64,000 nucleotides of DNA from Chloroflexota bacterium (GTDB taxonomy: Bacteria; Chloroflexota; UBA11872; VXOZ01): contig OZ244814.1 in NCBI GenBank assembly GCA_965220175.1, positions 2,634,630 to 2,698,629 on the forward strand, in the 5' to 3' direction. The notes beneath the pieces are model-generated. The model was given only the letters and a program-made list of their open reading frames with translations. It was not told where the DNA came from and made no database searches. Both the position numbers and the translations under genes were made by a program. How positions within the stretch are numbered: position 1 is the stretch's first letter; every line of letters begins with the position of its first letter. Below, piece after piece: positions 40,110 to 49,134 of this stretch.

Positions 40110-41027
40110 ATGCAAGCAAGTGAACCACAGGTAGGACTATCTGAGCGGGCCCATGCCACACCACAGATCGAGTGGAAGAACCTTGGCGTTTTCCTCGGCT
40201 TGGCATTCGGCCTGACCTGGGGGATTTGGGCGGTTGTCTACCTGTTGGGCGGGTTGAATAACCTCCTCGTGTTTACGGCTGGCTCTCTGCTCGCCATGTG
40301 GGGGCCAGGCGTTGCCGCGATTATATGCAGTCGCTATGTGTCGCCCATGTCCAGACGAGAACTCGGCGTACAGCGTGGCAACCTGGAACGATACGCCAGC
40401 ATCTACTTCTTCGTGCTCCTCTACCTGATTGCGGCGATGGGCCTGAGCGTTGGACTCGGCATCCAGGAGGTGAATACGCCGCTTGAACCGCTGCGGAGTG
40501 AGCTTGCCGACCAGCCCTATCCCTTCAACGACCCAATCCTAGTGGTGTTCATCAACATCGTCACCGCATTCACGCTGGCGGCGGTACTTAACAGCCTCTT
40601 TGCCCTTGGTGAAGAACTTGGCTGGCGCGGCTATTTGCTGGCGAAACTCGCACCCCTAGGCATGGGTCGCGCGAGTCTGCTCATCGGACTCATCTGGGGC
40701 ATCTGGCACGCCCCGGCCATCTTCATGGGATATAACTATCCCGAACACCCCTGGCTGGGCATGGTTCTTATGGTCTGGTTCGCGCTAGGGTGGAGCGTCA
40801 TTCTCACGTGGCTGCGTGTCGCGGCGGGGAGCGTCCTGGCTGCCGCCTTTGGACACGGCCTCATCAATGCCGTTGCCGGGCTGCCGCTTCTCCTGCTGCT
40901 GGACACTGATTCGCTCATTCGCGCGCCGCTCGGCATCACGGGACTCGTGCCGCTGACCCTCTTGGCGATTCTTGCTTTCGGCCTGCTGCAGAAGCAGGAG
41001 CGGCAGGATGCGCAGACTTCTTCCTGA
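40110..41027 (+). CDS. CPBP family intramembrane glutamic endopeptidase
   Basis: 'GEELGWRGY', 'WGIWH', 'HGLIN'; multi-TM. Confidence 0.9.
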   Translation: MQASEPQVGLSERAHATPQIEWKNLGVFLGLAFGLTWGIWAVVYLLGGLNNLLVFTAGSLLAMWGPGVAAIICSRYVSPMSRRELGVQRGNLERYASIYFFVLLYLIAAMGLSVGLGIQEVNTPLEPLRSELADQPYPFNDPILVVFINIVTAFTLAAVLNSLFALGEELGWRGYLLAKLAPLGMGRASLLIGLIWGIWHAPAIFMGYNYPEHPWLGMVLMVWFALGWSVILTWLRVAAGSVLAAAFGHGLINAVAGLPLLLLLDTDSLIRAPLGITGLVPLTLLAILAFGLLQKQERQDAQTSS

Positions 41028-41267
41028 GCGATGCCTGCGGAATGTCACTACCCGGTTGGAGTGACTTCGTAGTCGTCCCCGAGGCCGATGAGTAGGCCGC
41101 TGCGTCGTAATCTTGCAAGAATCACCTGCCTTGCTCACCTCTCGCCTCTGCACGCCGACCGTCGCCGGCATTCGGGTAACGCAGCAGCCTGCAAAGCAGG
41201 AAGTCCTCTTCCCAACACTACTCTGGGTGCTGGGACTGAGCCCAATCAAGAACCTCTATCGGAGTAC

Positions 41268-43109
41268 TCACTCTTGGTCCGCAAACTGCATCGTATAGAG
41301 CTGAAAGTAGCTGCCGCGTTGCTTAAGGAGCTCCTCGTGGCTGCCTTGCTCCACAATCTCGCCTCTATCCATCACGATGACCTGATCGGCGTTTTGGATA
41401 GTGGAAAGACGGTGGGCGATGACAAAGCTCGTCCTGCCGCGCAGGAGAAGCGCCAGGGCCTCCTGGATCTGTTGCTCGGTCTCCGTATCCACGCTGGACG
41501 TCGCCTCATCCAACACCAGTATGCGCGGGTCAGCCAGCAAGGCCCGCGCAAATGAGAGCAATTGCCGCTGGCCGATAGAGAGTTGCGTGCCCCGCTCGCC
41601 CACGAGCGTCTCGTAGCGGAATGGTTGGGATTCCACGAAGTCGTGGAGACGCACGGCCTTGGCCGCCTCCACGATCTCCTCGTCCGTCGCATCGAGCCTG
41701 CCGTAGCGGATGTTCTCTTTGACCGTACCGGAGAAGAGGAATGGCTCCTGCAGTACGAGTCCAATCTGGCCGCGCAGGCTTTCGAGGGTAACAGCGCCAA
41801 TGTCGGAGCCGTCAATTGTCACGGCACCGGATTTAATGTCGTAGAACCGACACAGCACATTGATGATCGAGGTCTTGCCCGCACCCGTGTGGCCCACTAT
41901 GGCGATGAGCTCGCCCGGTTGGGCTTCCAGGGAAATACCGTGCAACACGGGCGTATTCTCTACATACTCGAATAAGACATTGTCGAAGCGTACATGGCCG
42001 CGCACTGCCGGCAGAGCCTTGGCATTCGGCGCGTTGACGACATCCGGCTCCTGGTCGAGCAGCGCAAATACGCGCTCGCTTGCCGCCATGGCGGACTGCA
42101 TCTGGTTGAAACGTGACGAGATGCTTTGCAGCGGTTGGAAAAAGCGTTGCACATAGCTGAGGAAGGCCACCAAGACTCCCAGCGAGATTGTGTCCTGAAC
42201 AACGGCCACGCCGCCAAACCAGATGATGATTACGATGGCAACCGCGTTGATAACGCTTACTGTCGGTGAAAACGCAGCCGAAAGTCCGTTGGCCTTGAGC
42301 ATGGAGCCGACGTAGCGATCGCTCAGGGACTGAAAACGCCGCAGGTTTTCCGCCTGACGCGTATATGCTTGGGTAACCCGCACGCCGAGGATGCTCTCAG
42401 CAAAGTTGCCGTTCATCACGCTGCGGTCTTCCCGCGCAAGACGCCAGGCGCTGCGGGCCTTGCCTTTAAAGAAGAATACCACTCCTATGAGGGCGGGCAG
42501 CACGATGAAGGTGAAGAGCGCTAGCTGCCAGTGCATGTAGAGCATCATGAAGAGGATGCCCACCAAGACGAAGAGGTCCGTGGCGGTGTTTACAATGCCT
42601 TCCGTCACCAGTCGATTGATATCCCGCACGTCACTGGTGACACGCGTGATGATGCGCCCGGCGCGGTTGCGGTCGTAGAAGCCCAGCCCCAGGCGTTGGA
42701 GGTGCTCGAAGAGCCCCTGGCGCACCGAGAAGAGCAACTGTTGGCCCAACCAGCTAATAATCCACTGGCGCGCGCCCATGGCACCGAAGAGCACGAGTCC
42801 AGCGATTAGATAAAGAATGGCAAGAATGTCGAGCCCTCGCAAATCACCGCTTGCGAGCGGGCCGTCGATAGCCAGCTTGAGCAAGTATGGCCGCAGGACG
42901 CTGGCCACCGTATACGTGAAGGTCACGACGACCCCGCCGACAATCTGCCAGCGGAATCCGGCGGTATAGCCGAAGAGGCGGGCGATTATTTTGAGGTCTA
43001 TTTCGCCCTTGATCTGCTCCTCCTCGTCAGCCAGCTCAACAGAAGGCTTGTCAGGCTTCTTGCTGCTGTCGGTCGGAGGAGGCGTGGACTGTTGCGAGCG
43101 CTCAGCCAT
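41268..43109 (-). CDS. Type IV ABC exporter half-transporter (TMD+NBD)
   Basis: 6-TM domain; GHTGAGKT, LSIGQ, LVLDE, IAHR. Confidence 0.92.
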   Translation of the reverse strand: MAERSQQSTPPPTDSSKKPDKPSVELADEEEQIKGEIDLKIIARLFGYTAGFRWQIVGGVVVTFTYTVASVLRPYLLKLAIDGPLASGDLRGLDILAILYLIAGLVLFGAMGARQWIISWLGQQLLFSVRQGLFEHLQRLGLGFYDRNRAGRIITRVTSDVRDINRLVTEGIVNTATDLFVLVGILFMMLYMHWQLALFTFIVLPALIGVVFFFKGKARSAWRLAREDRSVMNGNFAESILGVRVTQAYTRQAENLRRFQSLSDRYVGSMLKANGLSAAFSPTVSVINAVAIVIIIWFGGVAVVQDTISLGVLVAFLSYVQRFFQPLQSISSRFNQMQSAMAASERVFALLDQEPDVVNAPNAKALPAVRGHVRFDNVLFEYVENTPVLHGISLEAQPGELIAIVGHTGAGKTSIINVLCRFYDIKSGAVTIDGSDIGAVTLESLRGQIGLVLQEPFLFSGTVKENIRYGRLDATDEEIVEAAKAVRLHDFVESQPFRYETLVGERGTQLSIGQRQLLSFARALLADPRILVLDEATSSVDTETEQQIQEALALLLRGRTSFVIAHRLSTIQNADQVIVMDRGEIVEQGSHEELLKQRGSYFQLYTMQFADQE

Positions 43110-44892
43110 GGGCAGTTCCGTCTCCGTTCGCGTCCCGGCTCGCTTCACGCGCCAGTGCGGCCATGCGCTCTTGGTCCCTGAGTTGAATGTCGTAAATGCG
43201 GGCGTAGAATCCTTTCCGTTGCACCAGTTCCTCGTGGGTACCCCGGTCGACAATGCGGCCCTCTTCCATGACGAGGATTAGGTCTGCTTCCTTGATGGTC
43301 GAGACACGCTGCGCCACGACGAGTCTCGTAGAGCTTTGGGCATAGTTCTTGAGACCCTCGTAGATCCGGTACTCCGTCTCCGTATCGACGCTGGCCGTCG
43401 CATCGTCCAGCATGATGATGGGACGCTGAAGGAGGAGCGTGCGCGCAAGCGCGGTGCGCTGCCGTTGACCGCCGGAGAGGCCGGCGCCGCGCTCGCCGAT
43501 GCGGTGTTGGTAACCATTGGGAAACTCCATGATGAAGTCATGGGCTTGAGCGGCCTTCGCCGCGGCGACAATCTCATCCATGCTCGCATCGGGGCGTCCG
43601 TAGGCAATATTGTTCGCCATGGTATCTGCAAACAGCATAGGCTCCTGCAGCGCGATACCAACCTGCTTCCGCAGCGAGTCCTGGGTGACATCCCGCACGT
43701 CGTGGCCGTCAATCTTGACCGAACCCGAGCGTACGTCATAGAAGCGGGCAATCATGTAGAGCAGTGTGCTCTTGCCGCTGCCGGTCGGCCCCACGATGGC
43801 GATCATCTTGCCCGGCGCGGTCTCCACGCTGATGTCTTCCAGCACGGCAAAGCCGCGCTCGTATTCAAACGTTACATCCCGCAGGACGACGTGACCCGTT
43901 ACCGGCGGCAGTTCGTGGGCGCCGGTCTGGTCGCGCACCGGTGAGCGCGTATCGAGAACACCGTAGTAGCGCTCGCCGCTGGTGATGCTCGTTGCAATGC
44001 TGTCCATTATTCCGGGGAGCTGCTGCGTCGGTCCTACGAGCATTTGGAAGTAGGCAACAAATGCCACCAGCGCTCCAATCGTGAGATCACCACTTATGAC
44101 AAGCCGCCCTCCCAACCACAGCACGATGACGATCCCAAGTACCGAGACCATGTTCATCAGTGGACCGAGCGTTGCATTCACGTTGACGGCCCGCATCATG
44201 AGGCGTACGAGTTCGCGTCCTTCTTTCTTGAACTTCTCCTGTTCATGCGTTTCCCGCACAAAGGCCTTCACCACGCGCGCACCGTTGATGGCTTCCTCCA
44301 AGGCAATAACCACCCGCTCGCGTTGCTGCCGGACCCATCCGTACGCAGGCCGAACCCGCTTGTTATAGAACCAGGAAATTACGCCCAAAATCGGGAGGAG
44401 CGGCAATGACCAGAGAGCCAGTTCGCCGCTAAGCCAGAACATGATGCCGAGCACGATAGAGTAGCGCAGAAACGTATCGAGCATATTGATAATGGCCTGG
44501 GTGCCAAAGCCCTGTATCAGCTCGATGTCGCTCAGGGCTACGGAGATCATCTCCCCGGCCTGAATTCTGTCGTGAAAGCCATAGGAGAGGTGTTGCAGGT
44601 GATCGTAGAGCTGCGCGCGCAAATCGTAGCCGGTCTTCTGTGAGGCGACGGCAGTGAAGAAGGCTTTGCCAAAGAGAAAGAGCGCGGCGAGTAGGGAAAC
44701 TGCCACGATGACGCCGCTCATGAACGCAATGTAGCGGAGATCGCCCGGCGTTAAGCCGTTGTCGATAACTTCCTTGAAGAGCGCGGGCGTGACGAGGCTC
44801 AAGACCGTGCTGGCTAGCCATGCACCGTACGCCAACAAGGCAGAGTTGCGGTGCCGAAATGTCGCGGCTATGAGGCGCTTGAGGATCTTCAT
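43102..44892 (-). CDS. Type IV ABC exporter half-transporter (TMD+NBD), partner subunit
   Basis: GPTGSGKST, LSGGQ, IMLDD, VAQR; overlaps the partner's start by 8 bp. Confidence 0.92.
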   Translation of the reverse strand: MKILKRLIAATFRHRNSALLAYGAWLASTVLSLVTPALFKEVIDNGLTPGDLRYIAFMSGVIVAVSLLAALFLFGKAFFTAVASQKTGYDLRAQLYDHLQHLSYGFHDRIQAGEMISVALSDIELIQGFGTQAIINMLDTFLRYSIVLGIMFWLSGELALWSLPLLPILGVISWFYNKRVRPAYGWVRQQRERVVIALEEAINGARVVKAFVRETHEQEKFKKEGRELVRLMMRAVNVNATLGPLMNMVSVLGIVIVLWLGGRLVISGDLTIGALVAFVAYFQMLVGPTQQLPGIMDSIATSITSGERYYGVLDTRSPVRDQTGAHELPPVTGHVVLRDVTFEYERGFAVLEDISVETAPGKMIAIVGPTGSGKSTLLYMIARFYDVRSGSVKIDGHDVRDVTQDSLRKQVGIALQEPMLFADTMANNIAYGRPDASMDEIVAAAKAAQAHDFIMEFPNGYQHRIGERGAGLSGGQRQRTALARTLLLQRPIIMLDDATASVDTETEYRIYEGLKNYAQSSTRLVVAQRVSTIKEADLILVMEEGRIVDRGTHEELVQRKGFYARIYDIQLRDQERMAALAREASRDANGDGTAHG

Positions 44893-44915
44893 GCAGCAGT
44901 CTGTGCCAACGTGCC

Positions 44916-45362
44916 TTAGAGGGGTTTTCTACCCGCGAATCCGGTATCTAATTCGTGCCAGAAACGGATTTCGTCCTCGCCTTGCTTCCAACACAGAAAG
45001 ACGATGCGTCCATCCCGTTCTGCCGGAAAGTCGATCAATCCCTGCTCGATGTCTTTCAACGCGACACCCAAGTCCACGACGGCTTTGATCAACGACTCTG
45101 CCTCATCGCGCAAGGCTTGAATTTCGCGCAACTGCGGTAGGGAAGCCGGTTCCCCCTTGGGATGGCCATTGGAGCGCTGCAATGGGGCAGGATACGACTC
45201 CCCTTCAGCGTAGTGTCGAAACTGAACGAAGATCTCTTGCAGACGGGCGACGGTTGCACGCAATCGCGGCAAGAGAGCATTGGCTTCTTGAAGCGTGAAG
45301 AGCTTGAGGGGCGGGTCGGCCGGCGTCTCTTTAGAAGACATTGACAAATGGGGGAAAGGCAA
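44916..45362 (-). CDS. DUF2203 family protein
   Basis: 'FTLQEANALLP', 'KDIEQGLIDFP', 'LCWKQGE.EIRFWH'. Confidence 0.85.
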   Translation of the reverse strand: MPFPHLSMSSKETPADPPLKLFTLQEANALLPRLRATVARLQEIFVQFRHYAEGESYPAPLQRSNGHPKGEPASLPQLREIQALRDEAESLIKAVVDLGVALKDIEQGLIDFPAERDGRIVFLCWKQGEDEIRFWHELDTGFAGRKPL

Positions 45363-45560
45363 TAGGAATGCGACGGGAACGCCTACTATCTTTACACAGC
45401 GATTGATTTACGTCAAGCGGATGCGTGTCCGTTGAGCGCACAGTGAAGGTAGAATGTGTTTGACTAGCTTGTATAACTGCCGTCAAACGGCTCTCATACA
45501 TGTCGTATAGAAGCCTAAGCTCAGCAAATCAATTTACGCCCTGAGGGAGAAGCGCACGCC

Positions 45561-46373
45561 ATGAGACGGATTCAGCAGAGAATTTACGAACTTCTGGAGG
45601 TGGCACACCCCGAAGACTCCGCCAGCCGTGCAACCGATCTCTTCCTCTTTGTATTGATCGCTTTGAATGTGGTCGCGGTGATCGTGGAGACCGTGGAGGA
45701 CCTGGCAACGCAGTACAAAGCCGTCTTTTTCTACTTTGAAGTTTTCTCGGTGGCGGTATTTACGATGGAGTACGTGCTGCGCCTCTGGACGTGCGTCGCG
45801 GACCCCCGTTATGCGCGTTCGATTCGCGGCCGCATCCGCTTTGCCGGATCATGGCACGCGGTAGTCGACATTCTGGCAATCCTGCCCTTCTACCTACCCA
45901 TGATTCTGCCCATTGACCTGCGCGTCATCCGTGCTTTGCGCTTCTTCCGTCTACTGCGTTTCTTGAAGCTCAGCCGTTATTCCGAATCGATGCGCATCTT
46001 TGGCAAAGTGCTCCGCAGCGAACGTTCCGAGCTGCTGGTTGCCCTGTTTGTCGCCGGAGTGCTCCTCGTCATTGGCTCTAGTTTCCTGTATCTCGTCGAG
46101 CACCAAGCACAGCCGGATGTATTCTCGAGCATTCCGGCGGCGATGTGGTGGGGCGTGGCGACCTTGACTACAGTGGGTTACGGGGATGTCTATCCAGTAA
46201 CGCCGATCGGCCGCTTTCTTGGCGCGATCGTCGCCGTCATGGGCGTGGGCATGTTCGCCCTGCCCGCCGGCATTCTGGCATCCGGCTTTGCCCGAGAAAT
46301 GGGAAAGCGCCAGGATGACCCGGAAGTCTGCCCCCACTGCGGCGAGCCCATCAGTGATGTCGAGGGTGAGTAA
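45561..46373 (+). CDS. Voltage-gated-type potassium channel (ion transporter)
   Basis: S1-S6, Arg-rich S4 'RVIRALRFFRLLRFLK', selectivity filter TVGYGD, C-terminal CPHC. Confidence 0.92.
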   Translation: MRRIQQRIYELLEVAHPEDSASRATDLFLFVLIALNVVAVIVETVEDLATQYKAVFFYFEVFSVAVFTMEYVLRLWTCVADPRYARSIRGRIRFAGSWHAVVDILAILPFYLPMILPIDLRVIRALRFFRLLRFLKLSRYSESMRIFGKVLRSERSELLVALFVAGVLLVIGSSFLYLVEHQAQPDVFSSIPAAMWWGVATLTTVGYGDVYPVTPIGRFLGAIVAVMGVGMFALPAGILASGFAREMGKRQDDPEVCPHCGEPISDVEGE

Positions 46374-46513
46374 GGGCTGCTGAGAGCGAGGACTTCGACC
46401 ACCGAAAGTCCCACCGGCCTCGCCACGGCTTGAATTCGCCGGACAATCAGTAGCCGGGAACAGCCGCAGACAGCCCACACCGATTCGCACAGGCGCCCGG
46501 ATGCATTGGGCGG

Positions 46514-47044
46514 TTACTCTTCCTCGAACAGTCCCCGTGCTTCTAGATACTCCCGCGCGTAGCCCAGGTACGTTTCTGCGTTGCTGTAGATGCGCTCGAT
46601 CTCCTGCTCAGTAACCTCACGCAGCGCCTTGCCCGGCACGCCAAGAATTAGCGATCGCGGCGCGAACTCCTTGCCCTCTGCCAGCACCGCTCCCGCGCCG
46701 ACGATGCTGTCCGGCCCCACGGAGGCGCCGTTCAATAGCAATGCACCCATGCCGATAATGCAGTGGTTGCCCACGGACGCGCCATGAATAACGGCGGTGT
46801 GCCCGGTCGTGACATGGGATCCAACCTGAGACGGAAACCCATGGTCTGTGTGCACGACGCAATTCTCCTGAATGCTGGTGTGCGAGCCGATGACAATTGG
46901 CGCGAAGTCCCCGCGCAGCACGGCGCCATACCATACGCTGGCATTGTCGCCGAGCTCTACGTCGCCGATGACATACGCGTTTTCCGCAATGAAGACGTTC
47001 TTGCCAACGCGAGGCATCACGCCCCTATAGGGCAACACTGGCAC
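46514..47044 (-). CDS. Gamma carbonic anhydrase family protein
   Basis: Hexapeptide repeats, 'VLRGD', 'IQENCVVH', 'GH.AVIHG'; GTG start after GGAGGAGG. Confidence 0.9.
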   Translation of the reverse strand: MPVLPYRGVMPRVGKNVFIAENAYVIGDVELGDNASVWYGAVLRGDFAPIVIGSHTSIQENCVVHTDHGFPSQVGSHVTTGHTAVIHGASVGNHCIIGMGALLLNGASVGPDSIVGAGAVLAEGKEFAPRSLILGVPGKALREVTEQEIERIYSNAETYLGYAREYLEARGLFEEE

Positions 47045-47472
47045 GTGACTTACCTCCTCCTTCGCACCTGAGTAGTGTTCGTTTCTCTCTAATTGCTGAC
47101 CAATCCCGCCGAGGCTGGCACGGGACGCAAGCATCCACGGCCATGATAGCACCGTGAACTGGCAGGACGCCCGCTCATATACATCCGAGCGTGTACACAC
47201 TGGGTATCATCGTTGGCGAAAATCTGATCACAATGCCGACGTACTCCATACACATAGAGTCCGGGCACTCCCTCTCCATTGTTTGAGGCGCGGATTGAAG
47301 GGGCTGTCCCACAAGGCAGAATCTGTCGGCGTGCCACAAGAGTGCCTGCAAACACGGCAAAGCACTCGTCCTGTCCCCTACCGAAATCTGCGTGTACGTG
47401 GGCTAATGCCTATGCTATGGTGATATGGAACTAGCATAAACTCACCAAGCCTACGCAAGGAGACGATGAAGG

Positions 47473-48921
47473 ATGGCGGTCAATACCGATACAAAGCACT
47501 TTGGATTACTGATCGATGGCGAGTGGCTCGATCGGCCGGACGGCAAGCTGCTGGAGGTGCGCAGCCCCAACGACGGTGAGGTGTTCGCCACGCTGCCGGA
47601 AGCCACGCAAGACGATCTGGATGCTGCCATCGAGGCAGCCCAGCGGGCCTACGACAAGCAGGAACTCTCCGCCTACCAGCGTTACGAGATTCTCTACAAG
47701 GCGTCCCAACTTCTTACTGAACGCGTCGAAGATATCGCCTTCCACATGAGCATGGAGGGCGGCAAGCCCATCAAAGAGGCGCGGATAGAGGTGGCGCGCG
47801 CCGCCAGCACGATCCTCGTAGCGGCGGAAGAAGCAAAGCGCATTCATGGCGAGCAGATTCCGGTGGAAGCCGCGGTGGCATCCGAGAACCGGTTGGCGTT
47901 CACCATGCGTCAGCCGATTGGGGTCATCTGCTGCATCTCGCCGTTCAACTTCCCGGCCATCCTCGTGGCGCATAAGATCGCGCCCGCCATCGCGGCCGGC
48001 AATACGGTGGTCCTCAAGCCCGCCAGCGCCACGCCGGTGACGGCGGTGAAGATCTGCCAGGCCTTCATGGATGCCGGGCTGCCGCCGGGACACCTGAATC
48101 TCCTTGTCGGGGGCGGGGCAACCCTGGGCGAGTGGCTCATTCAGGACGAGCGCTTTGCCATGTACTCGTTCACGGGCTCCGCTGAAGTCGGCAAGCACCT
48201 GCGCAATAGCATCGGCCTGCGCCGCGCCACGTTGGAATTGGGCGCGAACTCACCCGTCATCGTCGACAAAACCGCCGACGTGCAAGCAGCCGCTGAAGGA
48301 GTTGCCCAAGGCGGCTACATGAACGCGGGTCAGGTCTGCACTTCCGCCCAACGTATCCTCGTGCACCGCGACATAGAGGAGGAATTCCTGGCGGCCTTGG
48401 TGCCCCAGGTGGAGAAGATGAACGTCGGGCCTTCCTACGAAGACAGCACCGACGTCGGCCCCATGGTCACGCTGAGCGCCGCCGAGCGCGTGGAGGCGTG
48501 GTTCAAGGAGGCGGCTGCCGACGGCGCGAATGTGCTCTGCGGCGGCTCGCGCGATGCCCAGTTCGTCACGCCCGCAGTGGTAAGCGGTGTCCGCTCGGAC
48601 ATGAGGATTTTCCAGGAAGAGCTATTCGGTCCCGCGGTTACGGTAACCGTGTTCGACGACATCGATGAGGCAATTGCCTTGGCGAACGACTCCCGCTACG
48701 GCCTGCAGGGCGGCATCTTCACCAACGACCTGGAAACCGCCTGGAAAGCCGCCAAGCAGGTGCGCATCGGCGCGTTGATGATCAACGACACCTCCCGCTA
48801 CCGCGCCGACCAGATGCCCTTCGGCGGCGTGAAAGAGAGCGGCATGGGACGCGAGGGTCCCAAGTTCGTCATCGAAGAGATGACCGACCTGAAACTGGTG
48901 GTCTTCAACCTGCAGGGGTAA
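47473..48921 (+). CDS. NAD(P)-dependent aldehyde dehydrogenase
   Basis: 'ISPFNFP', 'KPAS', 'FTGS', 'LELGAN', catalytic C in 'AGQVCTS', 'EELFGP'. Confidence 0.95.
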   Translation: MAVNTDTKHFGLLIDGEWLDRPDGKLLEVRSPNDGEVFATLPEATQDDLDAAIEAAQRAYDKQELSAYQRYEILYKASQLLTERVEDIAFHMSMEGGKPIKEARIEVARAASTILVAAEEAKRIHGEQIPVEAAVASENRLAFTMRQPIGVICCISPFNFPAILVAHKIAPAIAAGNTVVLKPASATPVTAVKICQAFMDAGLPPGHLNLLVGGGATLGEWLIQDERFAMYSFTGSAEVGKHLRNSIGLRRATLELGANSPVIVDKTADVQAAAEGVAQGGYMNAGQVCTSAQRILVHRDIEEEFLAALVPQVEKMNVGPSYEDSTDVGPMVTLSAAERVEAWFKEAAADGANVLCGGSRDAQFVTPAVVSGVRSDMRIFQEELFGPAVTVTVFDDIDEAIALANDSRYGLQGGIFTNDLETAWKAAKQVRIGALMINDTSRYRADQMPFGGVKESGMGREGPKFVIEEMTDLKLVVFNLQG

Positions 48922-49008
48922 GCCTGTCGTCTGCGCTGATGCAGACAGCAAGCGGGGGGCCACGTTCGGTGCATCCCGAATGAGGGAGCGCTGACGGGGT
49001 TGTCTTAA

Positions 49009-49032
49009 GTAGCGCGGGGGCTTGTCCCCCGC
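49009..49032 (+). repeat. GTAG-tagged palindromic REP-like element
   Basis: GTAG-C-GCGGGGG-CTTGT-CCCCCGC, intergenic; single copy in the window. Confidence 0.5.
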
Positions 49033-49134
49033 CTCTTGGGCTAGTCAGGTGCTCGGATGTGGCAGAGCCGCAATGGCGTGCATCTTCGCCTCTGGTCGGT
49101 TAAAACTTAGCTCTGCGGAAGGTAGAGAATCAGC

